A stretch of 64,000 nt of DNA from Eledone cirrhosa (Eukaryota), in the NCBI GenBank assembly GCA_964016885.1, contig OZ024763.1, forward strand, positions 15,810,001-15,874,000. The letters run 5' to 3'. A program made the position numbers and the translations under genes. Numbering within the stretch: the stretch's first letter is position 1; each line of letters begins with the position of its first letter. This document shows, piece by piece, positions 1 through 12,515 of this stretch. The notes under the pieces are model-generated. The model ran no database searches. It saw nothing but the letters and a program-made list of their open reading frames with translations, and had not been told where the DNA came from.

Positions 1-232
1 CCAGCACTTACTGTAAAGTGGTCGTGGAGGCGCCACGGAAAAAAAAGCACCCAGCACTCACTGTAAATGAGGTTGGTGTTAGGAAGGACATCCAGCTGTA
101 GAAATCAAGCCAGAATCAGTTCCCGTATGAGCAAGACAAGGTCAGCCGTCCGGACACTGGCCACAACAGGACAAACCGTCTAACCCATGCTAGTGTGGAA
201 AAAACGGACATAAAACGGTGATGATGATGATT
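1..232 (+). mobile_element. 3' end of RTE-related retroposon with (GAT)n tail
   Basis: GGTTGGTGTTAGGAAGGACATCCAGCTGTAGAAA module, then ...ACCCATGCTAGTGTGGAAAA..AAAACGGTGATGATGATG. The same end recurs at 1223-2012 and 36137-36580. Confidence 0.75.
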
Positions 233-320
233 ATATATATATATATTTATATAAATACATTATACATACTTGTAATTGGATAATATTTTATATTACCCAC
301 ATTATATATATATATATATA

Positions 321-507
321 TAGGAAAAGAATCAGAACCCCGCCGGCTAAGCACCGGCTGTTTTGACAGCTAGATCCGAACTGTCAAAATGGCCAGAGCT
401 CAGCCATCGGGGTCCTGACTATTTTCCTATTATCCACTGTACAACCCTAAGCATCGAGTACTCTGGTCTGTTATGGTCCACCTGGTATGTTATCACATCT
501 ACTTTGT

Positions 508-508
<1 letters not shown>
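321..508 (+). mobile_element. Short fold-back element in (TA)n, family A, probably PLE-derived
   Basis: A hairpin TAGGAAAA...TTTTCCTA (321-429) is followed by an ~80-bp tail, with (TA)n on both sides. Homologues lie at 10371, 19326, 27829, 40848 and 54808. Confidence 0.65.
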
Positions 509-544
<36 letters not shown>

Positions 545-558
545 CAGTTTTATTCATA

Positions 559-1059
559 CATCATCATCACCATCATCATCATCGTTTAATGTCAATCTTC
601 CACGCTAGCATGGGTTTAGACGGGAATTGTCCCACTTGAGGTAAGATTGGTCGTCTCGCTCGTATGGGACTGTCTGGCAGGTTTTCTACGGCTGGATGCC
701 CTTCCTAACACCAACCACGTTTACAGTGTGGGGCTGGGAGGTTTTTACCGTGTTACCTACACGGCCACATTACAGCGTGGACTGTGTGGGTTTTTTTTTG
801 TCGTGACACCTACACAACCTCATTTATTTAGGACTGGATGTTGTGGTACCAACATGACTTTACATTGAAAGGGATGAGGGTGGGGTGGGGGAGTTGGGGG
901 AGTGTGATGGGGGTGTATATTTGATTAAGAGGTCCCTACTGACTGTAGGTTTTGCTTTGTACTTAGGCAAGATGGGTTTTCTATATTACTGTGTAGCGCC
1001 AAAGATCTCGGTCCAGTGACATTGTCTTAGAGAGGTGCAAGTGTGTAAGGTCGGAATTT

Positions 1060-1063
<4 letters not shown>
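559..1063 (-). mobile_element. 5'-truncated RTE LINE 3' end
   Basis: Starts with a (CAT)n tail and is colinear with 13403-13915, including the ORF end (LSKTMSLDRDLWRY..). Confidence 0.8.
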
Positions 1064-1128
<65 letters not shown>

Positions 1129-1222
1129 GTTAGGTGTGTAATAAGCACTCAATACTGATACAAGGTTCTAGTTATCCTGGTGGGTTATTACCCCTGTACT
1201 ACCAACTGTCATTAGTGGCTGT

Positions 1223-2012
1223 AATGTCACTGGACCGAGACCTTTGGCGGTACTCAGTAATAGAGAAGACCCGCCTTACCTAAATACAAAGTAAAAACCT
1301 ACTACAGTCAGTAGGCATCTCTATCAAAACACACCCCCGTCCCACCACCTCCACCCCACCCACACCGCCCCTTTCAATGTAAAGTTATGTTGGTCCCACA
1401 ACATCCAGGCCGAAACAAATGAGATCGTGTAGGTGTCACGACAAAACCCACACAGTCCACGCTGTAAATGTGGCCGTGTAGGCAACACGGTAAAAACCTC
1501 CCAGCCCCACACTGTAAATGTGGTTGGTGTTAGGAAGGGCATCCAGCTGTAGAAAACCCGCCAGACAGTCCACGCTGTAATGTGGCCGTGTAGGCAACAC
1601 GGTAAAAACCTCCCAGCCCCACACTGTAAATGTGGTTGGTGTTAGGAAGGGCATCCAGCTGTAGAAAACCCGCCAGACAGTCCACGCTGTAATGTGGCCG
1701 TGTAGGCAACACGGTAAAAACCTCCCAGCCCCACACTGTAAATGTGGTTGGTGTTAGGAAGGGCATCCAGCTGTAGAAAACCCGCCAGACAGTCCACGCT
1801 GTAATGTGGCCGTGTAGGCAACACGGTAAAAACCTCCCAGCCCCACACTGTAAATGTGGTTGGTGTTAGGAAGGGCATCCAGCTGTAGAAAACCCGCCAG
1901 ACAGTCCTATGCGAGCAAGACAACCACTCTTGCCTCAAGTGGGAAAACCCACGTCCAAACCCATGCAAGCGTGGAACACGGACGCTAAACCTGATGATGA
2001 TGATGATGATGA
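1223..2012 (+). mobile_element. 5'-truncated RTE LINE 3' end with internal tandem duplication
   Basis: Reverse complement of the 13403-13875 region, ending in (GAT)n. Confidence 0.8.
1453..1906. repeat. 112-bp tandem repeat, about 4 copies, inside the LINE 3' UTR
   Basis: The unit CAGTCCACGCTGTAATGTGGCC...AAAACCCGCCAGA recurs every 112 bp. The identical 72-78 aa ORFs in the track reflect it. Confidence 0.9.
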
Positions 2013-2238
2013 ATACACAGAGTGTTAATAATAAACAGACTGGGACAAGGTATCAAGACTCTATATTACAGGTAATTAATTCACACATAAATAGCTTAAA
2101 CATCTGAGGAGCTACTGTGTAGTGAGTCAGAGCCAATCGGGATCGGTTGTACCTTGAGCCGATCGATAATGAAACAGGTGTCATGTGTGAATAAAATATC
2201 TCTAAAATGTTATCTTGACACTTTGTTCCAGCCTACTG

Positions 2239-2288
<50 letters not shown>

Positions 2289-2321
2289 CATACACACACA
2301 TATATAAATATATATATATAT

Positions 2322-2484
2322 ATTGTTATATTTGGGTAGGGTCATATTGTTATAATGTTGCCAGAAATGATAATAAAACATTGTTTGCTTTGGGTTGGTT
2401 TTCGCTTCTATATTTTTTATATCTCCATAGTTAATTTATCTGGCAATCAATGTTTATCATTGATTGACCAACGGTTAAAAATAC

Positions 2485-2490
<6 letters not shown>
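2322..2490 (-). mobile_element. Repeat family B terminus (PLE-like end)
   Basis: The end motif ATTGTTATA(T/C)TT(T)GGG.AGGGTCAT is shared with 17050-17275, 18100-18560, 29404-29680, 34865-35184 and 58267-58402. Confidence 0.55.
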
Positions 2491-2546
<56 letters not shown>

Positions 2547-2547
<1 letters not shown>

Positions 2548-2853
2548 ATCATCATCATCATCATCATCATCATTTTACGTCCGCTTTTCCCTGCTTGCAA
2601 GGGTGGGACGGGTCTTATTCAGCACAGCATCTCTCCACTCGTCACGGTCCCTCGTCATCTCCACCGTGAGCTTCAATGATCTGAGGTCTGTTCTCACCAC
2701 CTCCGCCCATGTTTTTCGTGGTCTACATCTACCACGTCTTCCTTCAACTGGCATTTCCTGGCACTTCTTCACCCATCGGTCATCCTCCATGCGCATCACA
2801 TGTCCATACCACCTCAGTCTCCTCTCCCGTACACTACATTCTATCCCTCTCAG
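2547..2853 (-). mobile_element. RTE LINE 3' fragment (second RTE family)
   Basis: Encodes ..RLRWYGHVMRMEDDRWVKKC..GRRGRCRPRKTWAEVVRTDL..KTRPTLASREKRT*, directly followed by a (GAT)n tail. This is a typical RTE ORF C-terminus. Confidence 0.85.
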
Positions 2854-2925
2854 ACACAGATATATATATATATATATAGAATAAGTAAAAGCGAAGTAGT
2901 TTCAGATGTTCAAGTCCTTTAATAA

Positions 2926-3107
2926 TAATTGTTTCTACTTTAGGCACAAAGCCAGCAATTACCCAGTGCATTACTGGTACTTTATTTTATCGACCCCGTA
3001 AGGATGAAAGGCAAAGTCAACTCGGCGGCATTTGAACTCAGATCGTAAAGGGACGTAACTATGCTGGAAAGCATGGCGTCCGACCCTCTACCAATACTGC
3101 CAATCCA
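2926..3107 (-). mobile_element. tRNA-derived SINE, family 1
   Basis: The minus strand has A/B-box-like TGGCAGTATTGG and GAGTTCAAATGCC, a core GCCTTTCATCCTTACGGGGTCGATAAAATAAAGTACCAG and an (ATT)n tail. Confidence 0.85.
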
Positions 3108-3331
3108 CAATGCTGTGATATATATTTCAATGACGACACTGGCCACACTGTTCTGTGTGCGAGTGTCGTGACATCATCAGACAGCTTGTTACGTAATAAG
3201 GTTATGTTTCCGAGGCAATCCAAATTGAATCAACATGGGAACGGATGAAGTTCGTGCTTTTGGGTTTTTCATCCGTTCCCTTGTCGATTCAATTTGGATT
3301 GCCTCGGAAACATAACCTTATTATGTAACAA

Positions 3332-3405
3332 GCTGTCTGATGATGTCACGACACTCGCACACAGAACAGTGTGGCCAGTGTCGTCATTGAAATATATATC
3401 ACAGC
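3332..3405 (+). ncRNA. Type I hammerhead ribozyme motif (mirror copy on - strand at 3112-3185)
   Basis: GCTGT-CTGATGA-[long stem II ACGACACT/AGTGTCGT]-GAAA-TATATA-TC-ACAGC. Stem I is perfect, but the 10.1/11.1 pair is non-canonical (T/T). Confidence 0.65.
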
Positions 3406-3528
3406 ATTATTATTAAAGGACTTGAACATCTGAAACTACTTCGCTTTTCCTTATTCGATATTTACTCCGTCACTCCTATGTGGAAAAAGTATGTTGACTG
3501 CTTGAATTGAATTGCATCAATGTTTACC

Positions 3529-3598
<70 letters not shown>

Positions 3599-3627
3599 AT
3601 CAAAGATAGTTCATCACACAGCTGTGA

Positions 3628-3692
<65 letters not shown>

Positions 3693-3895
3693 CACACACA
3701 TACACATATATATACATATATATATGTATATGTGATGATGATATATATATCTATCTCATCACCATTTTATGTCCATTCTTACGTCCATTCCTCCATGTTA
3801 GCATGGGTTAGACGGGTTGTCCTGCTGTGGGCAATGCCATGTCGGGCGACCTTGTCTTGCTCATATGGGATATATATATATATATATATGCACAC

Positions 3896-5444
3896 ATGGT
3901 GGCTGCCAACTTGTTTTCGAGTATGGCCATTACTTTATATCCATGTAGGAGAACCCCTACCGATGCGCTGAACGAGTGTGACTTTTTAGTCCAACCAGCG
4001 ACTTGAAACTCTGGTACAAACACTACACTTGTGACAATTATTGACACATAGCGCTGGGCCCATGGTACCATGTGACGACAAGTGCAGAGAGATCTCCAGA
4101 TATAAAGCAATGCCTGTGCCGTGAAGCTTTTATAGTGAGCAAAGGCACTGCACAAAGCCAGTCCCACTCTCTTAACCAAGATGATATTTACCAAAAAGAA
4201 GAACAAGTCAACATCATTGGATACCATCAGGGTTGCAGGTGTTATATCAGAGTTTTCCTTCTCCTAGAATTCTGCGTTGACAAAGGCTAAAGGGTCACCT
4301 CTCCCAGTGATTTTGGATGGCCATTGACTCTTAAGAGCTCCTTTGCATACATATATACATACATATATATATACATGGTGGCTGCCAACTCATTTTCGAG
4401 TACGGCCACTACTTTATATCCATGTAGGAGAACCCCTACCGATGCGCTGAACGAGTGTGACTTTTTAGTCCAGCCAGCGTATTGAAAACTCTGGTACAAA
4501 CACTACACTTGTGACAATTATTGACACATAGTGCTGGGCCCATGGTACCATGTGAGGACAAGTGCAGAGAGATCTCCAGATATAAAGCAATGCCTGTGCC
4601 GTGAAGCTTTTATAGTGAGCAAAGGCACTGCACAAAGCCAGTCCCACTCTCTTAACCAAGATGATATTTACCAAAAAGAAGAACAAGTCCACATCATTGG
4701 ATACCATCAGGGTTGCAGGTGTTATATCAGAGTTTTCCTTCTCCTAGAATTCTGCCTTGACAAAGGTTAAGGGGTCACCTCTCCCAGTGATTTTGGATGG
4801 CCATTGACTCTTAAGAGCTCCTTTGCATACATATATGGTGGCTGCCAACTCGTTTTCGAGTACGGCCACTACTTTATATCCATGTAGGAGAACCCCTACC
4901 GATGCGCTGAACGAGTGTGACTTTTTAGTCCAGCCAGCGACTTGAAAACTCTGGTACAGACACTACACTTGTGACAATTATTGACACATAGTGCTGGGCC
5001 CATGGTACCATGTGACGACAAGTGCAGAGAGATCTCCAGATACAAAGCAATGCCTGTGCCGTGAAGCTTTTATAGTGAGCAAAGGCACTGCACAAAGCCA
5101 GTCCCACTCTCTTAACCAAGATGATATTTACCAAAAAGAAGAACAAGTCAACATCATTGGATATCATCAGGGTTGCAGGTGTTATATCAGAGTTTTCCTT
5201 CTCCTAGAATTCTGCCTTGACAAAGGCTAAGGGGTCATCTCTCCCGGTGATTTTGGATGGCCATTGACTCTTACGAGCTCCTTTGCCCTTTGACAGGTTT
5301 TGTTTTTAGTCCTGCAGGATGTCCAAAGTCACCCTCCTCACCAAGAAACCTTGGTGGGGTTGCCAGTTTAGTCGCCAACGACCCGACCATGAGACAGGTT
5401 GTACTGGGATACATGTTACCAGTAGCACCAACTGGTGACCTGAC
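3896..5444 (-). mobile_element. Tandem trio of bipartite RTE-derived non-autonomous elements (two 5'-truncated, one full ~610 bp)
   Basis: The minus strand carries the RTE 5'-UTR motif CTAGGAGAAGGAAAACTCTGA and an ORF end with a C2H2 finger [23 protein letters not shown], then a (TA)n tail. Units are 3896-4346, 4375-4826 and 4836-5444. Confidence 0.75.
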
Positions 5445-5487
5445 ATATATATATACATACATATATATATATATATACATACACACA

Positions 5488-5521
<34 letters not shown>

Positions 5522-5528
5522 CATATAC

Positions 5529-5559
<31 letters not shown>

Positions 5560-5575
5560 TATATACATATATATA

Positions 5576-5611
<36 letters not shown>

Positions 5612-5922
5612 TACATATACATATACATACATACATACATATATACATATATACATACATATATATATACATACATACATACATATATATATATATATAC
5701 ATATATATATACATACATACATACATACATATATATATATACACATATATATACATACATACATACATACATATATATATATATACATATATATATACAT
5801 ACATACATACATACATATATATATATATACATATATATATACATACATACATACATACATATATATATATATACATATATATATACATACATACATACAT
5901 ACATATATATATACATATATAT

Positions 5923-5953
<31 letters not shown>

Positions 5954-6098
5954 CATATATATATACATACATACATACATACATATATATATATATACAT
6001 ATATATATACATACATACATACACATATATACATATATACATATATATATACATACATACATACATATATATATATATATACATATACATATACATAC

Positions 6099-6149
<51 letters not shown>

Positions 6150-6334
6150 TATACATATATATATACATACATACATACATATATATATACACATATATAT
6201 ACATACATATATATATACATACATACATACATACATATATACATACATACATACACACATACACATATATATACATACATACATATATATATACATATAT
6301 ATATACATACATACATATACATATACATATATAT

Positions 6335-6381
<47 letters not shown>

Positions 6382-6464
6382 TACATACATACATACATAC
6401 ATATATATATATATACACACATATACATATATACATACATACATACATACATATATATATACAC

Positions 6465-6509
<45 letters not shown>

Positions 6510-6626
6510 TATATATATACACACATATATATACATACATACATACATATATATATACACATATACACACATATATATACATACATACATACACATATAT
6601 ATACATATATACACATATATATATAC

Positions 6627-6657
<31 letters not shown>

Positions 6658-6816
6658 CACATATATATATACATACATACATACATATATATACATATAT
6701 ATATATATATATACATATATATATACATACATACATACATATATATATATATATACATATACATATACATACATACATACACATATATATATATATATAT
6801 ATACATATATATATAC

Positions 6817-6851
<35 letters not shown>

Positions 6852-6860
6852 CATATATAT

Positions 6861-6907
<47 letters not shown>

Positions 6908-6954
6908 TATATACATACATACATATATATATACACATATACATACATATATAT

Positions 6955-6985
<31 letters not shown>

Positions 6986-7689
6986 CATACATATATATAT
7001 ACATAGATACATACATATATATACATATACATACATACATACATACATATATATATATATACATGCATACATATATATATACATACATACATATATATAT
7101 ACATACATACATATATATATACATACATACATATATATATACATACATACATATATATATATATACATACATACATATATATATATACATACATACACAT
7201 ATATATATACATACATACATATATATATATATACATACATACATATATATATACATACATACATATATATATATATATACATACATACATATATATATAC
7301 ATACATACATACATACATATACATAGTACATACATACATATATATATACATACATACATATATACATATATACATACATACATATATATATATATACATA
7401 CATACATACATATATATATACATACATACATATATATATATATACATACATACATATATATATATATACATACATACATATATATACATATATATACATA
7501 CATACATATACATACATACATACATACATATATATATATATACATACATACATATATATATATATACATACATACATACATATATATATATATACATACA
7601 TACATATATATACATACATACATACACACATATATATATACATACATACATATATATATATATACATACATACATACATATACATATAT

Positions 7690-7722
<33 letters not shown>

Positions 7723-7775
7723 CATATATATATACATATATATATATATATACATACATATATATATATACATAC

Positions 7776-7806
<31 letters not shown>

Positions 7807-8065
7807 CATACATATATATATATATACATATACATACATACATATATATAGATACACACATATATATATATATATACATACATATATATATACATATACA
7901 TACATATATATATACATATACATACATATATATATACATATACATACATACACATATATATATACATATACATACATACATATATATACATATACGTACA
8001 TATATATATACATACATACATATATATACATATACATACATACACATATATATACATACATATAC

Positions 8066-8096
<31 letters not shown>

Positions 8097-8652
8097 CATA
8101 CATATATATATATATACATATACATACATATATATATATACATATACATACATACATATATATACATACACACATATATACATATATACATATATATATA
8201 CATACATACATACATACACATATACACACATACATATATACATACATACATATATATACATACACACATATATACATATATACATATATATATACATACA
8301 TACATACATACACATATACACACATACATATATACATACATACATATACATACATACACATACATATATACACATACATACATACACATACATACATACA
8401 CATACATATATATACATACATACATATACATACATACATACACATACATACATATACAAATACATACATATATACATATACATACATACACATACATATA
8501 TATACATAAATACACATATACATATATATATATATATATATACATACACACATACATACACACATACATACATACATATATACATACATACATATATACA
8601 CATATATATACATACATATATACATACATACACATATACATACATACATATA
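5445..8652. repeat. 3.2-kb compound (TA)n/(TACA)n microsatellite
   Basis: Direct reading. It accounts for the 689-1162 aa pseudo-ORFs. Confidence 0.97.
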
Positions 8653-9262
8653 TGGTGGCTGCCAACTCGTTTTCGAGTATGGCCACTACTTTATATCCAT
8701 GTAGGAGAACCCCTACCGATGCACTGAACGAGTGTGACTTTTTAGTCCAGCCAGCGACTTGAAAACTCTGGTACAAACACTCCACCTGTGACAATTATTG
8801 ACACATAGTACTTTGCCTTTGGTACCATGTGACGACAAGTGCAGAGAGATCTCCAGATACAAAGCAATGCCTGTGCCGTGAAGCTTTTATAGTGAGCAAA
8901 GGCACTGCACAAAGCCAGTCCCACTCTCTTAACCAAGATGATATTTACCAAAAAGAAGAACAAGTCAACATCATTGGATACCATCAGGGTTGCAGGTGTT
9001 ATATCAGAGTTTTCCTTCTCCTAGAATTCTGCCTTGACAAAGGCTAAAGGGTCATCTCTCCCAGTGATTTTGGATGGCCATTGACTCTTAAGAGCTCCTT
9101 TGCCCTTTGACAGGTTTTGTTTTTAGTCCTGCAGGATGTCCAAAGTCACCCTCCTCACCAAGAAACCTTGGTGGGGTTGCCAGTTTAGTCACCAACGACC
9201 CGACCATGAGACAGGTTGTACTGGGATACATGTTACCAGTAGCACCAAGTGGTGACCTGACA
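8653..9262 (-). mobile_element. Full-length bipartite RTE-derived element
   Basis: Colinear with 4836-5444 (TGGTGGCTGCC...GGTGACCTGACA). Confidence 0.8.
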
Positions 9263-9336
9263 TAATATATACATATATATATACATACATATACATACAC
9301 ATACATATATACATGTTGGTGACTATATACACACAT

Positions 9337-9375
<39 letters not shown>

Positions 9376-9660
9376 ACCCCATTCTTCCCCCAACTCTTAC
9401 TTTCACATACACACACACACGTACACCTACACACACACACCACCTTCAGCCCTCCCCGCCTCCCTCTCCCCACTCGACCTGCGACCACCCCTACACGCCC
9501 CACACCCTTCCACCACTTGTTTTACTTCATGTTTATTTTTATTTTTATTATGCTTTTATATTTAATTTCATTTGTACCGTTTACTCTCACCCCCTTTTTT
9601 CTATATGTCTCTCCATCACTCCCCTACACACCCTTGGAACTCTCTTCCCACACACTTTTT

Positions 9661-9694
9661 GCCTAAAGAAGGGCTTATGCCCGAAACGTCGTGC
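9661..9694 (+). ncRNA. Minimal hammerhead motif with mutated core, in a PLE 3' end
   Basis: GC-CTAAAGA-A-GGGC-TTAT-GCCC-GAAA-CG-TC. G5 is changed to A. The downstream GAGCGTGAAACTAATA resembles the flanks of the 50734 and 63331 copies. Confidence 0.55.
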
Positions 9695-9778
9695 CCCCAC
9701 CACCACCCCACTCTCAAGAGCGTGAAACTAATAAACCTTTGTTCGTACTGCCTCTCTGTTTTGTTCCCGTTCAATTTT

Positions 9779-10165
<387 letters not shown>

Positions 10166-10323
10166 TATATATATATGTTAAACAACTGATGTTATTACAT
10201 TGAGCTATTTATCTTACTGGTAATAAGATAGTAATGAATTACTGTCTTTCACTATTTAGAGTTTAAAATATATATAACCATAAAAGGTTTTATTATATAC
10301 ATAACCATAAATAGTATCCTTAA

Positions 10324-10370
<47 letters not shown>

Positions 10371-10374
<4 letters not shown>

Positions 10375-10559
10375 AAAATGTTTGACCTCGACGGCAGAGC
10401 TCAAGCCGTTTCGACGGCTATTTCAGAAATAGCCGTCAAAACGGCTTGAGCTCTGCTGTCGGGGTCAAACATTTTCCTATTACCCACTCTACTACCCTAA
10501 GTATTGAGTACTCTGGTGCGTTATGGTCCATCTGGTTCCTTACCACTCTTCCTTCGTTA
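10371..10559 (+). mobile_element. Fold-back element, family A
   Basis: Hairpin at 10371-10479 plus a tail, homologous to 321-508. Confidence 0.65.
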
Positions 10560-10573
10560 TATATATATATATA

Positions 10574-10685
10574 TAATTGTTTCTACTATTGGCACAAGGC
10601 CAGCAATTACCCAGTACATTACTGGTACTTTATTTTATCGACATGAAAGGATGAAAGGCAAAGTTAACCTCGGCGAGATTTGAAC
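10574..10685 (-). mobile_element. SINE family 1, 5'-truncated
   Basis: Matches 2926-3040. Confidence 0.75.
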
Positions 10686-10706
10686 ACAATATAATAATAG
10701 GGTTAT

Positions 10707-11086
10707 AGTATCTTAAGAGAGGAAAGAAGTATCTTAAGAGAGGAAAGAAGTATCTTAAGAGAGGAAAGAAGTATCTTAAGAGAGGAAAGAAGTATCTTAA
10801 GAGAGGAAAGAAGTATCTTAAGAGAGGAATGAAGTATCTTAAGAGAGGAATGAAGTATCTTAAGAGAGGAAAGAAGTATCTTAAGAGAGGAATGAAGTAT
10901 CTTAAGAGAGGAAAGAAGTATCTTAAGAGAGGAAAGAAGTATCTTAAGAGAGGAAAGAAGTATCTTAAGAGAGGAAAGAAGTATCTTAAGAGAGGAATGA
11001 AGTATCTTAAGAGAGGAATGAAGTATCTTAAGAGAGGAAAGAAGTATCTTAAGAGAGGAAAGAAGTATCTTAAGAGAGGAAAGAAG
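10707..11086. repeat. 21-bp minisatellite, about 18 copies
   Basis: Unit AGTATCTTAAGAGAGGAA(A/T)GA. Confidence 0.95.
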
Positions 11087-11276
11087 GGAGAGATACAAAG
11101 AAGTGCGATACAGAATATTACATGCCAAAAGCAGATGTGTAATGTGTTCAATGCTTGGGTTATCAGGGTTAAATATTAGAGAAAGTTAATATTTAGTGTA
11201 AAGATTAAGCAGAGCTAGAATAAGCAAATGAATGAGTGAATGGAAGCGTTACAAGGCCATAGCCATCTGAATATCT

Positions 11277-11319
11277 GCCTCTGATGAGCCCCCCCTCTGG
11301 GTGAAACACGTGTAAGAGC
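11277..11319 (+). ncRNA. Minimal type I hammerhead motif
   Basis: GCCT-CTGATGA-GCCC..GGGT-GAAA-CACGTG-TA-AGAGC. Stem III is palindromic (ACACGTGT) and stem I is short and bulged. Confidence 0.65.
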
Positions 11320-11375
11320 TATATAAAGATATGTTTTAACAGCTTGTAACTCTTTCATTCACTCATTCATTTGCT

Positions 11376-11385
<10 letters not shown>

Positions 11386-11433
<48 letters not shown>

Positions 11434-11467
11434 CGTGCGTGCGTGTGTGTGTGTGTGTGCGTGCGTG

Positions 11468-11510
<43 letters not shown>

Positions 11511-12040
11511 GCGTGTGTGTGTGCGCGCGCACACTATAACAAAGTGTGAGGAAAGAAAGTTGATGGTTGACTGTCTGCATTAAGAGAATTTTAGAATTAA
11601 TTATATGGAAGGTGGATAAGTTGGTGTCCCATGGAGGAAAGTGGAATTTCTCCCTTTCTGAGTGGGAGAGAGGGTGTGTGTGCGTGTGACAGAGAGTGAG
11701 AGGGCGTGTGTGTGAGTGTGAGAGAGAGAGTAAGAGGGTGTGTGTGTGTGTGACAGAGAGTGAGAGGGCGTGTGTGTGTGAGAGAGAGAGTGAGTGTGAG
11801 AGAGAGAGTAAGAGGGTGTGTGTGTGCGTGAGAGTGAGTGAGAGGGTGATTGAGACAGAGAGAGAGAGAGTGAGAGAGTGTGTCTGAGAGAGAGAGAGAG
11901 TGTGGGAGGGTGTGTGTAGGAGAGAAAAATAGATAGATAGAGAGAGAGTGGGAGGGTGTGTGTAGGAGAGAGAGTGGGGGGGGTAGGAGAGAGAGATAGT
12001 GGGGGGGGGGGGGGTAGGAGAGAGAGAGAGTGTGTGAGAA
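11386..12040. repeat. (TG)n/(GA)n low-complexity tracts
   Basis: Direct reading. Confidence 0.9.
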
Positions 12041-12283
12041 TGAGGGAAAATATGTTTGGTCTCTCATAGTCAAAGGGTGAGTCCCAAAACAACAAATTCC
12101 TCTTTTCCCCACAGCATATAAATTTATTCTAACTCATAAAATTCACTATATACATCTATACATTTATACATTCATATTTCTCTCTCTTTTCTCAATATAT
12201 ACATACATACACACACACATATATATATATATATATACCATGATATTAAATAAATGGAAACTATATTTATAAAACCATATTTA

Positions 12284-12344
12284 TTTGATTATATATATTT
12301 CAAGAGCAACCAAGACAACATAGGTGCACTTTCATCAGATAAAA
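12284..12344 (-). ncRNA. Type I hammerhead motif
   Basis: Reverse complement: TTTTAT-CTGATGA-AAG..CTT-GAAA-TATATA-TA-ATCAAA. Confidence 0.7.
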
Positions 12345-12454
12345 TACAAAGTTTGTTTTATAAACCCATGAAAATTTTACCTTATCGATTGGAAATTCAC
12401 TGGATAAAGTAGACTTTTCATAGATACGTCTCTATTTATAAAAGGAACTTTGTA

Positions 12455-12515
12455 TTTTATCTGATGAAAGCGCACCAATGTTGTCTTGGTTGCCCTTGAA
12501 ATATATATAATAAAA
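12455..12515 (+). ncRNA. Type I hammerhead ribozyme motif
   Basis: TTTTAT-CTGATGA-AAG(CGCACCAA..TTGGTTGCC)CTT-GAAA-TATATA-TA^ATAAAA. Stem I is a perfect 6 bp. Predicted cut after 12509. Confidence 0.8.

Larger units (their letters stand above)
2879..3532 (+). mobile_element. Fold-back PLE remnant (inverted pLTR pair plus tail), interrupted by a SINE
   Basis: Near-perfect inverted arms (2879-2928 plus 3109-3249, against 3268-3456), a hammerhead in each arm, a unique tail to ~3532 and (TA)n flanks. Confidence 0.75.

Noticed and set aside
2101-2135. CTGAGGA-GCTAC-TGT-GTAGT hammerhead-like start
   Set aside because: GAAA is replaced by GAGT and stems I and III are not recoverable. At best it is a decayed copy.
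3808-4290. Recurrent 72-139 aa ORFs (MVSNDVDLFF.., MTTSAERSP..)
   Set aside because: They recur only because the element is repeated, and they overlap RTE UTR-derived sequence. Only the short C2H2 frame has a recognisable motif.
5257-8794. 689-1162 aa ORFs on both strands (also those at 29704-31764, 51919-52813 and 60460-62264)
   Set aside because: They are translations of (TA)n/(TACA)n microsatellite that lacks stop codons, with no domain content.
10630-11179. Periodic ORFs (KYLKRGK / FFPLLRY)
   Set aside because: A 21-bp minisatellite open in several frames on both strands, with no splice or start context.
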